Below are positions 19,844 to 27,181 of a DNA stretch of 27,181 nt, piece after piece. Made by a program: the position numbers and the translations under genes. Position 1 is the stretch's first letter. Each line of letters begins with the position of its first letter. This DNA is from Octopus sinensis (lineage: Eukaryota): the NCBI RefSeq assembly GCF_006345805.1, contig NW_021833379.1, positions 1-27,181 on the forward strand, given 5' to 3'. The notes beneath the pieces are model-generated. The model was not told where the DNA came from, ran no database searches, and worked only from the letters and a program-made list of their open reading frames with translations.

Positions 19844-20607
19844 CCCTTTCGATACCAACCCGGCTGAAACGGCCTTTCACTTTTCCCTTGCTTTCATAAG
19901 TTTTGAATTAAAATCTTCCACCAAACCTTAGTCACAATTTATGTTCCTAACACTAGCTCAACGATAACCAAGTTCTTTGACTAAATTCATTAGGCGATGT
20001 TTCGCTTGTCGTAGCACACGTTTCCGTCGATTGTCGATTTCCTCCGTTGATTTCCGTAAAAAATGTAAACACTGAATCGGCCATACATACATACACACAC
20101 ACATACATAGATACATACACACACACATACATGCATACATACATATACACATACACCGAGTAAAAAATTTCAGTTATCTCTTTCTTTCACACATTACTCT
20201 CTCTGTCTCTTCACACACACTAACAGAAGCACTTCACTTACACAACATACTGTCTGTCACTCACACCCCATCAAACACACACACACACATGTACATCAAT
20301 GCTTTCATAACTTCAAAAGAACTTCCCTCGTCATAAAATCGCTTTCTCTTAGTCTCTTTCGCTCTCATTACTTCAAAAGTTCCCGCAAGGCCATATGTAA
20401 AAAAATAAAAGTTTTTTACGGAAATCGACGGAAAGGTTTACTAGAGATGAAAGATTGCCCCCTTTCGATACCAACCCGGCTGAAACGGCCTTTCACTTTT
20501 CTCTTGTTTTCAAAAGTCCTGAATTAAAATCTTCCACCAAACCTTAGTCGTAATTTATGTTCCTAACACTAGCTTAACGATAACTAAGTTCTTTGACTAA
20601 ATTCATT
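19844..20607 (+). repeat. ~148-bp direct repeat pair (19844-19991 and 20460-20607) within a composite repeat
   Basis: ccctttcgataccaacccggctgaaacggcctttcac..ctttgactaaattcatt occurs twice. Confidence 0.85.
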
Positions 20608-20872
20608 ATTTATATGTAAAGCAATTGAAAGAACCAGAGGGGAAATCTCAAAAGAAATACGGTAACGAAAGAGCTGAAGACATCGACACTCTTTCTCTCT
20701 CTCTCTCTCTCTGTCCTTCACTCCATCACACAATCTTTCTTCTCTCAGATCCTCAATGTCTCTTTCACTTTTTTCTTCTCCCCATCACACTGTCCTTCTC
20801 ACAGCCCAGACATATAGAGAGACAAACCCTTTCTCAGCCCCTCAATCTCCCCAAATATTGTGTGTGTGTGTG

Positions 20873-21811
20873 AAGGCGGCGAGCTGGCAGAATCGTTAGC
20901 ACGCCAGGCGAAATGCTTAGCGGTATGTCATCTGCCGTTACGTTCTGAGCTCAAATTCCGCCGAGGTCGACTTTGCCTTTCATCCTTTCGGGGTCGATAA
21001 ATTAAGTACCAGTTACGCACTGGTGTCGATGAAATCGACTTAATCCCTTTGTCTGTCCTTGTTTGTCCCTTCTATATTTAGCCCCTTGAGGGTAGTAAAG
21101 AAATAGGTATGTCGTCTGCCGTTACGTTGTGAGTTCAAATTCCGCCGAGGTCGACTTTGCCTTTCATCCTTCCGGGGTCGATAAATTAAGTACCAGTTAC
21201 GCACTGGTGTCGATGAAATCGACTTAATCCCTTTGTCTGTCCTTGTTTGTCCCTTCTATGTTTAGCCCCTTGAGGGTAGTAAAGAAATAGGTATGTCGTC
21301 TGCCGTTACGTTGTGAGTTCAAATTCCGCCCAGGTCGACTTTGCCTTTCATCCTTCCGGGGTCGATAAATTAAGTACCAGTTACGCACTGGTGTCGATGA
21401 AATCGACTTAATCCCTTTGTCTGTCCTTGTTTGTCCCTTCTATGTTTAGCCCCTTGAGGGTAGTAAAGAAATAGGTATGTCGTCTGCCGTTACGTTGTGA
21501 GTTCAAATTCCGCCGAGGTCGACTTTGCCTTTCATACTTCTGGGGGGTCGATAAATTAAGTACCAGTTACTCACTGGGGTCGATGTAATCAATTCAACCC
21601 GTTTGTCTGTCATTGTTTGTCCCCTCTCTGTTTAGCCCCTTGTGTGTAGTAAAGAAATAGGTATTTCGTCTGCCGTTACGTTCTGAGTTCAAATTCCACC
21701 GAGGTCGACCTTGCCTTTCATCCTTACGGGGTCGATAAATTAAGTACCAGTTACTCACTGGGGTCGATGTAATTAATTTAATCCCTTTGTCTGTCCTTGT
21801 TTGTCCCTTCT
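20873..21811 (+). mobile_element. Family B SINE head-to-tail multimer: one full head plus five units of ~184 bp
   Basis: Head aaggcggcgagcTGGCAGAATCGttagc (A-box-like). Units start GTAT at 20923, 21107, 21291, 21475 and 21661; the last is 3'-truncated. Flanked by a 63-bp direct repeat (20810-20872 = 21812-21874). Confidence 0.9.
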
Positions 21812-21883
21812 ACATATAGAGAGACAAACCCTTTCTCAGCCCCTCAATCTCCCCAAATATTGTGTGTGTGTGTGTGTGTATTA

Positions 21884-22320
21884 TGGCTGCCCCCTCGTTA
21901 TCGAGTATGGCCATTGCACGGAGCTTAACTGTTTCTGGTGCTGTGATCGAATGTGACTTTTAGCCCAGCTAAAGATCTACAAAGTCTTGTACAGAATTGG
22001 CAGCTAAAACCTTTACCGGCCAATAGCCAACTGTAGTAGGAATGAAGGACTCCTATCCTTTGTTAGGGCATCCTTCTAGGATAAGGTATCTCGGGTAACT
22101 GGGATGACTCCGACATAAAACCTGCGGCTCAGTGGTTACCGATGGTGTTGACTTGTTCTTCTTTTCGGATTATGGCTGCTGTTGCTGAGTGAGTGGGATT
22201 GACTCAGTGCACAGCCTTTCCTCACTTTAAACAAAAATCTTTTTGCACAGCCATTGCACGATAACAACATTGATTAAGCTTCGTGCAATGGCCATACTCG
22301 ATAACGAGGGGGCAGCCACC

Positions 22321-22321
<1 letters not shown>
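21884..22321. mobile_element. MITE-like element with 45-bp TIRs
   Basis: 21884-21928 and 22274-22318 are reverse complements with one mismatch; TA on both flanks if the right end includes CCA; no ORF. Confidence 0.75.
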
Positions 22322-22355
<34 letters not shown>

Positions 22356-22410
22356 TGTGTATATGTATGTGTGTGTATGTATGTATGTAGTGGGTGCTTT
22401 TTTTTTTTTT

Positions 22411-22604
22411 GGCAGGTGGCACGTAAAAAGCACCCACTACACTCACGGAGTGGTTGGCGTTAGGAAGGGCATCCAGCTGTAGAAACATTGCCAGATTAGA
22501 CTGGAGCCTGGTGCAGCCTTCTGGCTTCCCAGAACCCGGTCGAACCGTCCGACCCATGCTAGCATGGAGAACGGACGTTAAACGACGATGATGATGATGA
22601 TGAT
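22411..22604 (+). mobile_element. 5'-truncated RTE 3' UTR copy with an inverted 5' junction
   Basis: Sense-strand copy ending in (GAT)n; 22386-22402 is the reverse complement of 22425-22441. Confidence 0.85.
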
Positions 22605-22699
22605 ATACATATATATATATGTATGTATGTATACATATATATATATGTATGTATGTATACATATATATATATGTATGTATGTATACATATATATATATG

Positions 22700-22736
<37 letters not shown>

Positions 22737-23154
22737 GTATATATACATATATATATATGTATGTATGTATACATATATATATATGTATGTATGTATACAT
22801 ATATATATATGTATGTATATATACATATATATATATGTATGTATGTATACATATATATATATGTATGTATGTATACATATATATATATGTATGTATGTAT
22901 ACATATATATATGTATGTATGTATACCTATATATATGTATGATGTATACATACATATATATATATGTATGTATGTATACTATATATATATATATGTATTA
23001 TGTATGTATACATATATATATATATATGTATGTATATATACAATATATATATATATGTATGTATATATACATATATATATATATGTATGTATATATACAT
23101 ATATATATATATGTATGTATATATACATATATTATATATGTATGTATGTATTAC

Positions 23155-23219
<65 letters not shown>

Positions 23220-23233
23220 GTATGTATGTATAT
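22605..23233. repeat. Compound (TA)n/(TATG)n microsatellite with a ~26-28-bp higher-order unit
   Basis: Direct reading; source of the Y/I/M/C-rich ORFs. Confidence 0.95.
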
Positions 23234-23586
23234 ACTCCCCTCTTTTGTTTGCCATCCAGCGCAATCCGAAGCAAGGGTTTTTATGTCCTCTGGATCCATT
23301 TCAAGTGACTTCATGGTAGACCTTATGCCGTCCTGAAACCTCGTTTAGGTTTACACCAATAGTGTTTCCCCCCCTGCAAGCTCACCATAAAGCAGCTGCT
23401 AGGGTGTACATTCATGTGCCATTGATACAGTATGGCCACACTATCTCTTCTGGGTTTTCAAAATCATACCTTTAATTGGGGTGATGCCTGCAGGTGGAAG
23501 GACATCTGTGTTTGGCGTAAAAGAACTCCGTTTAATGTTTAAAATGTGATGAAGGCATTTTTGGTGGAATTGTTCTAACAATTTGA

Positions 23587-24182
23587 AACGTAAGGGGTAT
23601 TAGCCACCTGAATGTGGCTAGCCACTGGGGGGTGGGGGTGTTACTGATGCTTTTAGCCCCAGGCGATCAACGTCACCGGAAGGACTTTAGACACTATCTC
23701 AGTGCCCTTGTGTTATTTGCAAAGGGAGGTCATCCTCCCTCGAAGACCGAGTACTACATACGGACTATAGTTTCAAGGTAATTGCCTCTCGTCAACGCAT
23801 GGCAAGCACCGGTCTTCGATGAAGGAGTCCCCTTGCAAATAATATATAATGTTTTTCACAGTAACCACTGTTACTGATGTAGAAAAACTGTCTGAAAACA
23901 ATAATAAATCTCTGAACGAGATATAAACAGTAACCGCTCGACAACGTAAGGGGTATTAGCCATCTGAATGTGGCTAGCCACTGGGGTGGGGTGGGGTGTT
24001 ACTGATGCTTTTAGCCCCAGGCGATCAACGTCACCGGAAGGACTTTAGACACTATCTCAGTGCCCTTGTGTTATTTGCAAAGGGAGGTCATCCTCCCTCG
24101 AAGACCCGAGTACTACATACGGACTATAGTTTCAAGGTAATTGCCTCTCGTCAACGCATGGTAAGCACCGGTCTTCGATGAA
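23587..24182 (+). repeat. Near-identical ~237-240-bp direct repeat (23587-23823, 23943-24182) with a 119-bp spacer
   Basis: aacgtaaggggtattagcc..ggtcttcgatgaa occurs twice with only a few substitutions/indels. Confidence 0.9.
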
Positions 24183-24266
24183 ATGTCTTTCATAAAATGT
24201 CCAGGTTTCAGAAGAATACAACAAAGGTGATAAGACAAACGATTTGTAAAGAACCAACTTTGTATT

Positions 24267-24444
24267 GTGACGTATATTTGCCATTTGAATATGGCTAACC
24301 CCTAAGGGTGGATGCTACTGTAGTTTGTAGCCCCAGGAGGACACCTCCTCCAGCTGGCTATAGACACACTTTCTGTGCCCTATCAAACTACAGTAGCATC
24401 CACCCTTAGGGGTTAGCCATATTCAAATGGCAAATATACGTCAC
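24267..24444. repeat. Perfect 61-bp inverted repeat with a 56-bp loop
   Basis: 24267-24327 is the exact reverse complement of 24384-24444, checked base by base. Confidence 0.95.
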
Positions 24445-24504
24445 GATGTGTTGCTGCTACTGTTTATAACTCACTCTGATATTTATAAACTTTGTATTGT
24501 TATT

Positions 24505-25050
24505 TATATGTCGCTGGGACGAAACACGTGACCCCAAGCCACCAAATGCTTGTGCTGCCCTTTGAATTCACAGATGTATTTCTGTATCGAGACTTCCATC
24601 ATTTTGAACAGAGCTTCCGAGGTAGATGGAAGAATCGATAACCTCAAGTAACTTACCCATAGCAAAACTTTTTCTGGGGTTGCAAACAGCACCACACACA
24701 GGTTGATGCATTACAACTGTTTTTTTCAAGTCGATGGTCAAGCCCAAATCATCACAAGCCGAAGCGAATGCAAATACAAGAGATTGCAGACCTGTTTCAG
24801 AATGACTGACAAGATCTCAATCATCAAAAGTTCCCAAATGAGTGAAGTAAAAACCTTTGTTTTGAATTTCTGTCTGGTCAGATTAAAAACATTCCCTGTT
24901 GTTTGATATTTTATGTCAATACCTTCCTCAGAGTTTTGAAAAGCATCTGACAACACAACAGCAAAGTATATTGCAAAGAGGGTGGCTGCATCAAGGTCTC
25001 CTTGCTTTACTCCATTTTCCACAACAAAGATTCAGAGAGCCTACCACCAA
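24505..25050 (-). pseudogene. Decayed BovB-like RTE reverse transcriptase fragment (second RTE family)
   Basis: ORF 24738..25022 reads GVKQG..ATLFAIYF..AF..GIDIKY.TTGNVFNL..KTKV..IWELL. Downstream frames give FGLTIDLKKT and YLGSSVQNDGSLDTEI, the BovB/RTE-1 pattern with the long insert before ADD. Confidence 0.75.
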
Positions 25051-25071
25051 AATTAACTCTAGCCTTCATAT

Positions 25072-25486
25072 CTATTTCTTTACTACCAACAAGGGGCTAA
25101 ATACAGAGGGGACAAACAAGGACAGACATGGGTATTTAGTCGATTACATCGACCCCAGTGAGTAACTGGTACTTAATTTATTGACCCCGAAAGGATGAAA
25201 GGCAAAGTCGACCTCGGCGGATTTGAACTCAAGGAACGCAACGAACGTAATTATACCTATTTCTTTACTACCCACAGGGGCTAAACACAGAGGGGACAAA
25301 CAAGACAGACAAAGGATTAAATTGATTACATCGACCCCAGTGCGTAACTGGTACTTAATTTATCGACCCCGGAAGGATGAAAGGCAAAGTCGACCTCGGC
25401 GGAATTTGAACTCACAACGTAACGGCAGACGAAATACGGCTACGCATTTCGCCCGACGTGCTAACCACTCTGCCAGCTTGCTGCCT
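25072..25486 (-). mobile_element. Family B SINE dimer
   Basis: Reverse complement of the 20873 array: one head plus two units, with the same TAC|CTATTTC junction at ~25257. Confidence 0.85.
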
Positions 25487-25589
25487 CAGCTTTCATTTCT
25501 TGATGCAAAGCCCTGATCATGTTTACAAAATTTTTCTGGGCAACTATTTTCTCTAGAATTAGTCACATGTTTTGCTCAAATCAACAAAG

Positions 25590-25622
25590 CAAGCTACTTA
25601 CCCCACAGCCACTCTTGCGCCC
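25590..25622 (-). mobile_element. Family A SINE 5' head fragment
   Basis: agcaagctacttaccccacagccactc matches 15438-15464. Confidence 0.6.
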
Positions 25623-25819
25623 GGTATGTATGTATGTCAAATATGAGTTAGAACCGGCTCAAGGGATGTAAACAAAATCCAACCCCCCATACACAAGGGG
25701 TGTGTGTTGTTAGTCGGTGGCTTGGTTGTGTTTTAGGTAACACAGAATATATTCTCTTCTTCCTAAAAACACAGCTGACCCAGGGAACAGTAGGACCTTG
25801 TCAAGAGTTTATCTAATGA

Positions 25820-26590
25820 GAGGAACCCTAGGTCAATGAGGAGTTGATCATAGGACTCCTAGAAATAGCAGCCACATATTTAGCCCTAGGTGAATGATGT
25901 GATGGTAGATAAAGTGGTCATGACACTGCTAGAAATAGTAGTAAAACTTGATCTCATTATTCAGCTCTTGGAACCCTAGGTCAGTGAGAAGTTGATCATA
26001 GGATTCCTAGAAATAGCAGCCAGACCAGGTCATATTTAGCCCTAGGTGAATGATGTGATGGTAGATAAAGTGGTCATGACACTGCTAGAAATAGCAGTGA
26101 AACTTGATCTTATTATTCTAGGTCAGTGATATGGATGCTTGTGATGGGGGGGTGGTCTGACTGCTAAAAACAGTAGCCAAGCTCAATCGTCCCTTTCAGC
26201 CCTAGGCCAAGGATGTGTTGGACTCATAAGGTGGTCATTGTACTGCTAGAAATAGTAGACAAACCAATCGTACTATTTAGCCCTCAGTCAAAGGTGGATA
26301 AATATTGTGGTCACCGCAGGTAGAAAGAGCAGCCATACACGATCATTCTGTTTATTTAACCCTTGGTAGAAGGGCAAGATGGACAACAAAGGTGCTTATT
26401 TCACTGCTAGAAATAGCAACCGAAAGTGATTACCCTATTTAGCCCCAGGTCAAATAATGAGGGAGACACAAAGTGGTCATGTCATTGCTAGAAATGGCAA
26501 CTAAAGAGAACATGGATTGACAACTTATGTGTTCAGCTCGACCTAGGGCTAAATAGGATGATCATTTTTGGCTGCTATTTCTAGCAGTCA
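25820..26590 (+). repeat. Degenerate tandem array, ~70-87-bp period, with a conserved CTGCTA-GAAA-TAGCAG hairpin and TTTAGCCCTAGGTC motif; last unit inverted
   Basis: Hairpins at 25856, 25926, 26004, 26082, 26161, 26243, 26317, 26404 and 26485; inverted unit at ~26536-26589. Confidence 0.8.
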
Positions 26591-26614
26591 GACGATCATC
26601 TCTTGCATGCATTA

Positions 26615-26705
26615 TGGCTGATTTGGCCTGGTTGCTATAGCTGGATGTCCTTCCTAATGCCAACCACTTTACAGAGTGGCACTGGGTCCTTTTTTGTGCC
26701 TCCAA
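26615..26705 (-). mobile_element. Old, degenerate RTE 3' UTR-like fragment
   Basis: gctggatgtccttcctaatgccaaccac..gggtccttttttgtgcc resembles the RTE 3' UTR. Confidence 0.55.
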
Positions 26706-26854
26706 AACTGTTCACCAACCTGTTCCTGAATGAGACTCAAACCTCAAATTCAGTTCAAACACCCTGTGTGTTTGTGTGTGTGTATGTATGTGTGTGTGTG
26801 CGCATATGTGTGTGTGTGTGTGTGTGTGCGCATATGTGTGTTAGTGTGAATTTG

Positions 26855-26990
26855 GTAAGAAGCGTGCTTCCCAACCAAATGGTCCCGGGCAAGTCACTTC
26901 TACTATAACCCCAGGCTGATCAAACCCTTAGGAGTAAACGTGATCAATGGAAACTGAAAGAAGCCTGTCTGTTGTGTGTATGCAAACCTC
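26855..26990 (+). mobile_element. Degenerate, internally deleted family A SINE
   Basis: ggtaagaagcgtgcttcccaacc..gggcaagtcacttctactataacc..ggaaactgaaagaagcctgtc parallels the reverse complement of 15310-15460. Confidence 0.55.
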
Positions 26991-27181
26991 AGCACCAAAC
27001 TGTTAATCCATTAATCATGAATTAACAAAGCTTAACATTTTCCTTAACGATTTAACTTTTAAGTTAACTTTGGAAATCATTATTGGACTAATTAACCTCT
27101 GTTACACTTAACTTCGTTAACTTCAATTAAAGGTGTTTTTAGGTTATTAGAGCAAAACTTTTTTTTTTGATTTTTTTTGTT

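Noticed and set aside
20873-20960. tRNA gene
   Set aside because: A/B-box-like motifs are present but there is no complete cloverleaf, and the sequence continues into a SINE body. The same holds for 15400-15470.
22222-23336. Many long overlapping Y/I/M/C/H-rich ORFs (up to 243 aa)
   Set aside because: They are translations of (TA)n/(TATG)n microsatellite, which lacks stop codons in several frames. The same applies to ORFs at 3686-4805, 6039-6227, 7163-7545, 19953-20156 and 26603-26908.
24328-24383. HDV-like ribozyme suggested by GGA-CACCTCC-TCC (P3/L3-like)
   Set aside because: No matching P1 or P2 partners and no J4/2 C-R-A were found; a simple hairpin explains it.
25820-26590. True CRISPR array
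   Set aside because: Eukaryotic repeat context, no cas genes or leader, degenerate repeats, and a second conserved motif inside each 'spacer'. Kept as a finding only for its architecture.

Overview
Repeat-saturated, AT-rich eukaryotic genomic DNA, intergenic or intronic. The repeat families and the (TA)n/(TATG)n microsatellite load look like an octopod/coleoid cephalopod genome; this is an inference from remembered repeat families, not a database result. I found no credible host protein-coding gene, rRNA, tRNA gene or CRISPR-Cas locus. The recognisable coding remnants all come from transposons: two Penelope-like fragments (one followed by a type I hammerhead-like fold), a 5'-truncated CR1-type LINE, two adjacent 5'-truncated RTE LINEs whose RT carries an inserted C4HC3 PHD finger, a BovB-like RTE fragment, and internally deleted Tc1 and mariner relics. 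Non-coding elements include several tRNA-derived SINEs, Helitron/Helentron-like non-autonomous elements, a TTAA/piggyBac-type MITE and other TIR/fold-back elements. The most unusual structures are: a ~80-bp-period array of GAAA-tetraloop hairpins with divergent spacers (25.8-26.6 kb); a reiterated H-type pseudoknot-like module in the RTE 3' UTR; a 184-bp head-to-tail SINE multimer with AG|GT junctions inside a 63-bp direct repeat; a CpG-rich fold-back element with GGTAC termini; and a perfect 61-bp inverted repeat. Most short ORFs in the supplied track are microsatellite or antisense artefacts.
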